36,911 bases of DNA from an uncultured Thermoplasmatales archaeon (GTDB taxonomy: Archaea > Thermoplasmatota > Thermoplasmata > Lutacidiplasmatales > UBA184), in contig CAZCNZ010000115.1 in assembly GCA_964500245.1 (NCBI GenBank), positions 1-36,911 on the forward strand. Direction: 5' to 3'. Both the position numbers and the translations under genes were made by a program. The notes beneath the pieces were generated by a model that was not told the origin of the DNA, did no database searches, and saw nothing but the letters and a program-made list of their open reading frames with translations. Position 1 is the first letter of the stretch. Every line of letters begins with the position of its first letter. Below are positions 25,299 to 32,925 of this stretch, in pieces.

Positions 25299-25862
25299 TT
25301 AACGGTTGGCCTTCGTGCCGGGGGGCGGCGGCGAGAGGTCGAGGAACATCCGCTCCCCGTCGAAATACTGGTTTCCTCGCTTCACGAACCGCGGAAGTTG
25401 ACCGCAAAGGGTGAACCCGAACCGTTCGTAGAGCTTTCGAGCGCGGACGTTGTTCGAGAAGACTGAGAGGTAGATGATCTCGAACTTGGCGCGGGCCTCG
25501 GCGAGGGAGCGTTCGAGGAGGGCCGAACCAACGCCCTTTCCGCGCATGTCGCGCCGGACCAGGATCCCGAGTTCGCCCACGTGTCCGGCCTCCGACAACG
25601 CCGTGGGCCCGGCCCGGCCGATCGAGCAACTCCCGACGACCTCACCCCCCACCTCCGCCACCAGAAAGAGGAGGTCCCCGGCGTCGATCCGTTGCTCTTG
25701 TCGTTCGTACCAGGCCCCCTCGTCTTCCAGGGTGGGGCGGGCAGTGAACAGGTGTATCCCGATCGGTTCGCCCGCGTCGCGTTCGTCGTACAGCTCGAAG
25801 TAGATTCTCCGCAGGCCTCCGATATCTTCCTTCCGGTACGGTCGGACAGTGATGGCGTCCAT
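25299..25862 (-). CDS. GNAT-family N-acetyltransferase
   Basis: The acetyl-CoA binding motif is ELGILVRRDMRGKGVGSALLE, followed by ARKLYERFGF. The start is taken at ATG 25862 (MDAITVRPY). Confidence 0.85.
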   Translation of the reverse strand: MDAITVRPYRKEDIGGLRRIYFELYDERDAGEPIGIHLFTARPTLEDEGAWYERQEQRIDAGDLLFLVAEVGGEVVGSCSIGRAGPTALSEAGHVGELGILVRRDMRGKGVGSALLERSLAEARAKFEIIYLSVFSNNVRARKLYERFGFTLCGQLPRFVKRGNQYFDGERMFLDLSPPPPGTKANR

Positions 25863-25902
25863 CGACCCGATGCGACCCTCGCCCACTGCGGACGTGCCGG
25901 AA

Positions 25903-26286
25903 CTACGCGTACCCGAACTGCCGCTTTGCAAAGTCGCTCATCCGTTCCGGGCTCCACGGAGGGTCCCAGACCATCTCCACGGTGGCGGCCTTCACGTTCG
26001 GGACCTTCTCCACGGCGAGCTTCACTTCCTCGGCGAGAATCCCGGCGACCGGACAACCGGGGGCGGTCAGGGTCATTCGCAGCTTCACCGAATCGTTGGT
26101 CCACTCGAACCCGTAGATGAGGCCGAGGTCGACGATGTTCATCGGGATCTCGGGGTCGTAGATCTGCTTCAGGTTCTCGGTGATCTGCTGTTCCCGCTCC
26201 GCGTACGGTCCGGCCGTCGCCGGAGCGAACGGCGGGGGAGTGGCCGGAACGGAGGTGGGTTCGGACCCGCTCATCCCCTCCACCAC
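25903..26286 (-). CDS. DUF59 / MIP18-SufT-like Fe-S assembly protein
   Basis: The motif is IYDPEIPMNIVDLGLIY...LRMTLTAPGCPVAG. The likely leaderless start is ATG 26274, which is 24 nt from the TATA. The ORF-track start is GTG 26286. Confidence 0.85.
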   Translation of the reverse strand: MVEGMSGSEPTSVPATPPPFAPATAGPYAEREQQITENLKQIYDPEIPMNIVDLGLIYGFEWTNDSVKLRMTLTAPGCPVAGILAEEVKLAVEKVPNVKAATVEMVWDPPWSPERMSDFAKRQFGYA

Positions 26287-26297
26287 CGTCCGCCGCC

Positions 26298-26304
26298 CTA
26301 TAAG
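26298..26304 (-). promoter_or_regulatory. TATA-like box (CTTATAG on minus strand)
   Basis: It lies 24 nt upstream of the ATG at 26274. Confidence 0.45.
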
Positions 26305-26350
26305 GGTGCGCGACGGCTAAGTGACCTTTGGGTAAGCCCCCGGCAATTCG

Positions 26351-26356
26351 TTTAAG
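26351..26356 (+). promoter_or_regulatory. TATA-like box TTTAAG upstream of mptA
   Basis: It lies 22 nt upstream of the ATG at 26378. Confidence 0.5.
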
Positions 26357-26377
26357 CGTACCCCCGGTAGCTCGTCA

Positions 26378-27286
26378 ATGCCCGATGTTCATGCGATGTC
26401 CCCCAAGCGGGGCCGGCTGAGGCTCCGGTCGGTGGGCATCTCGGGGATCCGGAAGCCGCTCACCGTTCAGCGCCGGGAGGGAACGCACACCCTGGCGGTC
26501 GAGTTCCACGTCGCGGTGGACCTGCCGTCCGCCCGCAAAGGCTCCGACCTTTCCCGGAACGCGGAAATCTTGGCCGAGGTCGTCGACGAGACCGTGACCC
26601 GGCCGGTCGAGGGCCTCGAGTCGGCTTGCTCCGCGATCGCTCGGGAACTCCTCGTGCGGCATCCGTACGCGACCGAGGCCTCGGTAGAAGCGTCCGCGGA
26701 GTATTTCCTCCGGAAGGGAATCTCGGAGTCGAAGCGCAGCTTCGAGGACTACACGCTGCTCGCCGACGCTCGCGCGGCTCGGGGATCGGACGGCTCGGTC
26801 TCTCTCGCGCGGGCGGTCGGGGCCGAGGCGGTCGGCATGACTGCGTGCCCCTGCGCGATGGAGACCTGCCGAGACCAGCTGACGGCGGAGTTCCCTCCGC
26901 TCGGCGATCCGGCGATGAAAGACCTCCCGATGATCACGCACAACCAGCGCAACCGCACGCGGCTCGTCTTTGAGCTCAAGGACGATTCGGAGGTCGAGGT
27001 CGACGACATCATCTCCGCTATCGAGGCGGCGCAGTCGAGCCCGACCTACGCCATACTGAAGCGAGGGGACGAAGCCCAGCTCGTGGTCACCGCCCACCGC
27101 CATCCAAAGTTCGTCGAGGATGTCCTTCGCGACCTGCTCGCGAGCTTGCCGAGCCGGTTCCCCCACGTCTCGAGCGCGACCGTCGTCCGGGCGAGCACCG
27201 TGAGCGAGGAGTCGATCCACAAGTTCAACGTCGAAGCCTCGCACGAGGTCACTCTCGGGGAACTGCGTCGTTCGTCCGACGCGTGA
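26378..27286 (+). CDS. mptA: GTP cyclohydrolase, FolE2/MptA family
   Basis: Family-like motifs are VDLPSARKGSDLSR, MTACPCAME and ITHNQRNRTRL. Length is 302 aa. The context is archaeal. Confidence 0.7.
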   Translation: MPDVHAMSPKRGRLRLRSVGISGIRKPLTVQRREGTHTLAVEFHVAVDLPSARKGSDLSRNAEILAEVVDETVTRPVEGLESACSAIARELLVRHPYATEASVEASAEYFLRKGISESKRSFEDYTLLADARAARGSDGSVSLARAVGAEAVGMTACPCAMETCRDQLTAEFPPLGDPAMKDLPMITHNQRNRTRLVFELKDDSEVEVDDIISAIEAAQSSPTYAILKRGDEAQLVVTAHRHPKFVEDVLRDLLASLPSRFPHVSSATVVRASTVSEESIHKFNVEASHEVTLGELRRSSDA

Positions 27287-27302
27287 GGAGGCCGGGGGTA
27301 CC

Positions 27303-28601
27303 GTGCGCTACGCGCTCGACGCCCTCCGCCGACGGCCCGGTCGCTCGGCGATGACCTCGCTCGGCATCGGGCTCGCGGTCGGCCTGGTCGTACTGCTGCT
27401 GGCACTCTCCTCGGGAATCGAAACGAGCGCGACCACGCTCGCGACCCAAAGCGGGGTCGACCTGATCGCTGTCAGCGCGAACGCCTCGTCCCCTCTTCAG
27501 GGAGAATTTCCCCCGGTCCAGGGGGCACATTCCCTCGTCCAGAAGATCCCGGCGGTCGACCCGAACGTCGCGACCGCGAGCCCGTGGCTCGTGAGCGACT
27601 TGGTGTTCGGGAACGCGTCGCTTTGGGCCGCGGCGAACTCAAGCTCGGTCCCGAATGGGTGGTCGCCCACCCAATCGGGGACCGTGGGGTGGATCCCATC
27701 CGACAACACCGGCCTACAGACCCCCGACCTCGAGAACGGGACGGGGTTCACGTTCGCCGGTGACCCGCACTATGCGAACGGCAGCTACACCGGTCCCTCG
27801 ACGCACGAGATTGTGCTGGACCAGGGGCTTGCCACGGTGTTGCATGTGTGGGTCGGCGACCTCGTGTGGCTGGGGGCCGCCGAGCCTCCGTCCGCTGCGG
27901 CGCTGAAGGGATGGTACGCCAATGCGACCCCGTTCCGGGTGACGGGCATCTCGGGGCCCTTCTGGCTCGTTCCCTCGGCGCTGCTCGCGTTCGCCTATCT
28001 CTCCGAGATCCAGGAGATCGTTGGCGGTGCCTCCGCGCAGACGGACTATGCCTCCCTGGTGCTCATCCACCTGACCGACCCCACGACGGTCGACGCCGAC
28101 CAGAGCCGGCTCGCGGCCTCGTTCCCCCAGATGACGGTTTTCACGCTGGCGAGCATCCTCGGGGCGATCCAGCACGTGGTGAATCTCTACCGGACCTTCG
28201 GGGAGCTGATCGGGCTGATCGGGATCGTGGTCGCGGCGCTGTTCGCAACGACCGTGCTCCAGATGTCGGTCGATGACCGATCCCGCGAGATCGCCCTTCT
28301 TCGCGCGATCGGTCACTCCCGACCGGCGGTGGGGTCGCTCGTGGTGGAGGAGGCCCTCTACCTTTCCGTGTTCGGGCTCGCCGTCGGTCTACCGATCGCG
28401 TACGTGACCGGCTACGGGCTCAACCTCTACCTCCGCAACTTGCTCGTCGGTCTCCCGACGTCGTTCTCGTTCGTCTCGTTCAACGCCGTCGTGCTCGGGG
28501 ACGGTCTCCTGCTCGTCCTCGCCGTAGGCCTGCTCGCGGCGGTCGCCCCGGCTGCGCGGGCGATGCAGCTACCCGTGGCGGAGGAGCTGCGCGCACCATG
28601 A
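27303..28601 (+). CDS. ABC transporter permease, FtsX/MacB type (1 of 2)
   Basis: The N-terminus LRRRPGRSAMTSLGIGLAVGLVVLL is followed by a large extracytoplasmic domain. The C-terminal FtsX-like three-helix bundle carries REIALLRAIGHSR. Confidence 0.8.
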   Translation: MRYALDALRRRPGRSAMTSLGIGLAVGLVVLLLALSSGIETSATTLATQSGVDLIAVSANASSPLQGEFPPVQGAHSLVQKIPAVDPNVATASPWLVSDLVFGNASLWAAANSSSVPNGWSPTQSGTVGWIPSDNTGLQTPDLENGTGFTFAGDPHYANGSYTGPSTHEIVLDQGLATVLHVWVGDLVWLGAAEPPSAAALKGWYANATPFRVTGISGPFWLVPSALLAFAYLSEIQEIVGGASAQTDYASLVLIHLTDPTTVDADQSRLAASFPQMTVFTLASILGAIQHVVNLYRTFGELIGLIGIVVAALFATTVLQMSVDDRSREIALLRAIGHSRPAVGSLVVEEALYLSVFGLAVGLPIAYVTGYGLNLYLRNLLVGLPTSFSFVSFNAVVLGDGLLLVLAVGLLAAVAPAARAMQLPVAEELRAP

Positions 28602-29842
28602 TGCGGTGGGGTCGCCGCGGATCGCTGCGTCATTCGCGCCTGCAACTCGTGCTGGCCGTGGCGGCGATCGCCACCGCCGTCGCGTTGCCCGTGGTGCTCG
28701 TGAGCGTGGGTGGCGGGGTCTCGGCCCACGAGCTCGCGAATCTCCAGAACGCCGGGTATCAGATCGTCGTCAGTGCAGGAGGGATCCACGGGATCACGGA
28801 CGCCCACAACTGGACTCAGCGAATCCTCGCTATCGCCGGGGTGACCGCCGCCTCTCCCGTCCTCAGCGTGACGATCGACGCGTTCGCTCCCTCCGGGTCG
28901 GTCGCCCCCGTCCTCGCGGAGGGCGTGATCCCTGGCCAGTTCACCCCGACGCTTGGGCCGGCGGAATCGGGTCTCTTCCCGACGCCTCTCCCGCTCGGAG
29001 AGCCCACAGATTCGGTCCATTTCGCGAACGGCAGCTATTCCGGGCCCGCGACGTACGACGTGCTCGTTTCCTCGCCATACGCCCAACAGTACCATGTCGT
29101 GAACGGCGAGCACCTCACTCTGAGCCCGGTCGCGAACCGCTCGTACGGAGTGAACTACACCGTGACCGGCATTTTCGGAGTCCCGCCCTCCGTGCTGGGA
29201 CCAACCGGGGCGTTCGCGGTACTCCTGCCTCTTTCCGACCTCCAAACGCTGTCCGGTTTTGCGTCGGCCCATGCCGTCGCTCCGGACGCTGCGGACACGA
29301 TCCAGGTCGCCGTGACGGGGTCGGTGGCGACCAACCCGACGACCCTCGACAAGGTGCGCGCCACGGTTCAGCAGCTCTTCCCGTACTACGGGGTGAGTTC
29401 CCTCACTCAAGAGGCCCAGCAGCTGGAGGCGGCGAGCGGAGTGCTGACCGGTTTCTACTTGGCCCTCTCCTCGGTGGGCCTCACGGTGGGACTTCTGTTC
29501 CTCGCCCTCGTCCTGCTACGTCGGGTCGAGGCGGACCGGCGGTCGATCGGGATTCGTCGGGCTCTTGGGATTCCCGGGGGTGCGATCGCGGCGGAGATCG
29601 TCGGTAACGGAGCGTTGCTCGCGCTCCTCGGCGCGGCGATCGGGGTCGCGACCGGGTACCTGATCGTCGAAGCGCTCGCGGACTGGGCGACCCAGGCCGT
29701 GCAGGAGGCGGCCCGGCTGGCGGTGTTCAATCCGGTGCTTCTCGGAGAGATCGTCGGCGCGGTCGTCGGGCTTTCTCTGCTCGCCAGCCTCATCGCCACG
29801 CGCTCCGCTCTCCGGGAAGAGATCACGGAGGCCCTGCGATGA
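28598..29842 (+). CDS. ABC transporter permease, FtsX/MacB type (2 of 2)
   Basis: It has the same architecture and carries RSIGIRRALGIPG. It is a paralogue of the upstream gene (FANGSYSGPATYDVLV versus YANGSYTGPSTHEIVL). There is an ATGA start/stop overlap. Confidence 0.8.
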   Translation: MMRWGRRGSLRHSRLQLVLAVAAIATAVALPVVLVSVGGGVSAHELANLQNAGYQIVVSAGGIHGITDAHNWTQRILAIAGVTAASPVLSVTIDAFAPSGSVAPVLAEGVIPGQFTPTLGPAESGLFPTPLPLGEPTDSVHFANGSYSGPATYDVLVSSPYAQQYHVVNGEHLTLSPVANRSYGVNYTVTGIFGVPPSVLGPTGAFAVLLPLSDLQTLSGFASAHAVAPDAADTIQVAVTGSVATNPTTLDKVRATVQQLFPYYGVSSLTQEAQQLEAASGVLTGFYLALSSVGLTVGLLFLALVLLRRVEADRRSIGIRRALGIPGGAIAAEIVGNGALLALLGAAIGVATGYLIVEALADWATQAVQEAARLAVFNPVLLGEIVGAVVGLSLLASLIATRSALREEITEALR

Positions 29843-30543
29843 CCGGCGCCACCGCACCCTCGATCGAGCTGTCCCAGGTCGTCCGGACGTACGGCAAGGG
29901 ATCGCCGGACGAGGTCCGGGCGCTGCGAGGGGTCGACCTCACGATCCCGCCGGGAGAGTTCCTCTCGGTCGCCGGCCCAAGCGGCTGCGGCAAGACGACC
30001 CTCCTCAACCTCGTCGGTCTGCTCGACAGCCCGACCTCGGGCGAAGTGCGGTGGAACGGTCAACCGGTGGGGCAGCGGACCGACCGGACCCGGGCGAGGA
30101 TGCGGCTCGAAGGGGTCGGGTTCATCTTTCAGCGATTCTACCTCTTGCCGACGTTGACCGCTCGAGAGAATGTCGAACTGCCGATGCGCGCGCTGCGCGT
30201 CCCCCACGGCGAACGCCTACGCCGGGCCGAACGGCTGCTCGATGAGGTCGGCCTTCGCGGCCGCGAAAAGGCGTTTCCCCATCAACTGTCGGGCGGAGAG
30301 GAACAGCGGGTCGCCGTGGCCCGGGCGCTCGCCAACGAGCCCGGGCTGCTGCTGGCCGACGAACCGACCGGGGAACTCGACTCGGGGAACACGCAGGCGA
30401 TTCTTTCCCTGCTCGAACGGGTCCGTAGGGACCACGACGCCTCCCTCGTGATCGTCACGCACAATCCTGAGGTCGCGCGCCGCGCCCGTCGCCACATCAC
30501 GATGCGCGACGGCACGATCCTCGACGACATCCGGGAGGCCTAG
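29839..30543 (+). CDS. ABC transporter ATP-binding protein (MacB/LolD type)
   Basis: Walker A is GPSGCGKTT, the signature is LSGGEEQRVAVARAL, and Walker B is LLLADEPTGELD. There is an ATGA overlap with the permease gene. Confidence 0.9.
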   Translation: MTGATAPSIELSQVVRTYGKGSPDEVRALRGVDLTIPPGEFLSVAGPSGCGKTTLLNLVGLLDSPTSGEVRWNGQPVGQRTDRTRARMRLEGVGFIFQRFYLLPTLTARENVELPMRALRVPHGERLRRAERLLDEVGLRGREKAFPHQLSGGEEQRVAVARALANEPGLLLADEPTGELDSGNTQAILSLLERVRRDHDASLVIVTHNPEVARRARRHITMRDGTILDDIREA

Positions 30544-30550
30544 ATCGGCC

Positions 30551-32329
30551 GTGGCGCGGATTGCCATCCTACTTCGGGACCGATGTCACCCGAAGGAGTG
30601 TCAGTGGGAGTGCCAGGCCTACTGCCCGCCGGTCCGCATGGGGCAGGAATGCATCGTCGAAGGGCCTGACGGTCGACCGATAATCTCCGAGAGTCTCTGC
30701 ATCGGCTGCGGGATCTGCGTCCACAAGTGCCCGTTCGACGCCATCAAGATTCTCAACACTCCCGAGGCCAACGAGGCGGAGATCGTCCACCGGTACGGGT
30801 ACAACGGCTTTCGGCTCTACCGCTTGCCCATTCCTCCCCCCCAGGGGATCACGGGACTTCTCGGCCCGAACGGGACGGGGAAGTCGACCGCGCTCCGGCT
30901 CCTCGCGGGCAACGACGTGCCGAACCTCGGGGATTACGAACACCCCGGGGAATGGTCGAAGGTTCTCGAGCACTACCGGGGCACCGCGCTCCACGCGCAC
31001 TTCGAGCGGGTCGCGAAAGGCGAACTTCGCAGCGTGGTGAAGCCGCAGTACGTGGACCGTCTCGCGGACGAGTCGGTCACGGCCCGAGAGTTCGTCGCGT
31101 CGGCCGGGGGCCGCGCCGCGTCGATCCTCGAAGAGGTCGGGCTGGGGGGACGCGGGGACCGGCGTCTCACGGAGTTGTCGGGCGGGGAGCTCCAGCTCGC
31201 CGCGATCGCGCGCACGCTCGCTACGGACGCCGACCTCTACTTGATCGACGAGCCGTCGAGCTACCTCGACATCGTCCACCGGCTCGAGGTCGCGCGTCTC
31301 CTTCGCCGGCTGGGGGAGACGAAGAGCGTGCTCGTGGTCGAGCACGACCTCGGCCTCCTCGACTATCTCGCCGACCAGGCGCATCTCCTCTATGGCGAGT
31401 CGGCCGCGTTTGGGGTGATCAGCCACCCGATCCCGATGCGCTCTGCGATCAACACCTACCTCACGGGTTACCTGAAGGATGAGAACGTTCGGTTCCGTAC
31501 CGAACCGGTACGGTTCGTGGCGCATCCCCCGAAACCGGCGGTTCGCCAGAACGTCCTCGTGGAGTTCCCCGCGCTCGAGAAGCAGTTCCCCGAGTTCCAT
31601 CTCGCCGTGAGTGCCGGATCCCTCGCGAAGGGGGAGACGGTCGGCGTGGTCGGGCCGAACGCCACGGGAAAGACAACGTTCGTCCGGATGCTGGCGGGGG
31701 TGGAGGTCCCCACGAGCGGAACTCCGCCCCCCGGCGTCACCGTCAGTTACAAGCCCCAGTACCTCAAGGCGACGCAGGCGGCCAGCCTTCGGGAGCGGGC
31801 GAACGCGCTCGCCGGGGACCCATCGTTCGACGGGAAGCTGTTCGAGCGCGAGCTCGTCCCGGGGCTTCACCTCGATGAAGTCCTCGACGTCGCACTCCCC
31901 GACCTCTCGGGAGGCGAGCTCCAGCGGGCCGCGGTCGCCCTCGCGCTCGCTCGGCCCGCGACGCTCTACCTCCTCGACGAGCCGTCCGCCTACCTCGATG
32001 CCGACGAGCGGATGTCGATGGCGCGCCTTCTCCGTCGCCAGGTCGAACGGCAGGCGGTGAGCGCGCTGGTGGTGGACCACGACGTCTATTTCTTGGACCT
32101 CGCATGCGATGCGCTCATGACGTTCCGCCCCGACGCGCCCGACGGTTCCCGAGGACGCGGCGACGGTCCGTTTCCGATGCGGGAAGGGATGAACCGACTG
32201 CTCCGAAGTGTCGACATCACCTTCCGCCGGGATGCGGAGACCCTTCGCCCCCGCATCAACCGGGAAGGTTCGGTCCTGGACCGGGAACAGCGGGCGAAGG
32301 GGGAGTATTACTATGAAGCCGCCGCGTGA
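30551..32329 (+). CDS. ABCE1 (RNase L inhibitor homologue) ribosome-recycling ATPase
   Basis: The N-terminal double 4Fe-4S domain is CHPKECQWECQAYCP...CIGCGICVHKCPFDAI. Two ABC cassettes follow (GPNGTGKST / LSGGELQ; GPNATGKTT / LSGGELQ). It has a GTG start. Confidence 0.92.
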   Translation: MARIAILLRDRCHPKECQWECQAYCPPVRMGQECIVEGPDGRPIISESLCIGCGICVHKCPFDAIKILNTPEANEAEIVHRYGYNGFRLYRLPIPPPQGITGLLGPNGTGKSTALRLLAGNDVPNLGDYEHPGEWSKVLEHYRGTALHAHFERVAKGELRSVVKPQYVDRLADESVTAREFVASAGGRAASILEEVGLGGRGDRRLTELSGGELQLAAIARTLATDADLYLIDEPSSYLDIVHRLEVARLLRRLGETKSVLVVEHDLGLLDYLADQAHLLYGESAAFGVISHPIPMRSAINTYLTGYLKDENVRFRTEPVRFVAHPPKPAVRQNVLVEFPALEKQFPEFHLAVSAGSLAKGETVGVVGPNATGKTTFVRMLAGVEVPTSGTPPPGVTVSYKPQYLKATQAASLRERANALAGDPSFDGKLFERELVPGLHLDEVLDVALPDLSGGELQRAAVALALARPATLYLLDEPSAYLDADERMSMARLLRRQVERQAVSALVVDHDVYFLDLACDALMTFRPDAPDGSRGRGDGPFPMREGMNRLLRSVDITFRRDAETLRPRINREGSVLDREQRAKGEYYYEAAA

Positions 32330-32900
32330 GGCCGGCGCCGCGCGGCGATCGGCCGCGCGAACGACCCGGGAAGGGATCTACCACGACCGGGGCCGGCTCT
32401 CGTACACGGTGATTGGCGTGTACGCGTTCCTGATCGTCCTCCTGTTCTACGTCGCCTCGCAATCCGGCCATGCGTTCTGGGCGATCGTGGTCGTTCTCCT
32501 CCTGTTCGTGTTCTTCTTGGTCCGATACATCTCCACGACCTACTCCCTGGGCGACACGCACCTCCGGGCATGGCGGTTCTTCGGAAACCGCAGGATCCGT
32601 CTCGACTCGGTGAACCGGATCGAGTACGGGAGCATGCGCGATCTCGCCCCGACCGGGTTCTTCGGGTCGTGGGGCTGGCGCGGTCGCATGTGGAGCTCGG
32701 AGATCGGCCAATTCGACGCGTTCTACACCGATGCGGCGCACGGCCTGCTCGTGAGCGGAGAAGGGGTCCCGATCTACATCAGCCCCATCGATGTCGACGA
32801 GTTCGCCCGCGAGCTCTCCCGCCGGGTCCGCTCCTACAAGGGCTCGCTCGCGGTCGATGTGGGCGACCCCCGGAGCGCGCCGCCCGCGCACTCCGACTAG
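32313..32900 (+). CDS. Membrane protein with bacterial-PH-like (bPH) domain
   Basis: Two TM helices (YTVIGVYAFLIVLLFYV; FWAIVVVLLLFVFFLV) are followed by FFGSWGWRGRMWSSEIGQFDAFYTD...VPIYISPIDVDEF. The ATG at 32313 overlaps the ABCE1 3' end by 17 nt. Confidence 0.5.
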   Translation: MKPPREAGAARRSAARTTREGIYHDRGRLSYTVIGVYAFLIVLLFYVASQSGHAFWAIVVVLLLFVFFLVRYISTTYSLGDTHLRAWRFFGNRRIRLDSVNRIEYGSMRDLAPTGFFGSWGWRGRMWSSEIGQFDAFYTDAAHGLLVSGEGVPIYISPIDVDEFARELSRRVRSYKGSLAVDVGDPRSAPPAHSD

Positions 32901-32925
32901 GGCATCGGGCGCAACGCCCGCTCGG

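Noticed and set aside
26375-27244. 289-aa minus-strand ORF
   Set aside because: It is antisense to the FolE2/MptA-family gene.
26378-27286. Possible deviation of an MptA/FolE2 motif (KGSDLSR where I vaguely expect a His-containing KG.HMSR)
   Set aside because: My recollection of the family motif is not reliable enough. A profile alignment is needed before calling it unusual.
28427-29410. 327-aa minus-strand ORF
   Set aside because: It is antisense to the second FtsX-type permease gene.
30569-32080. 503-aa minus-strand ORF
   Set aside because: It is antisense to ABCE1, whose Fe-S and twin ABC motifs are unambiguous.
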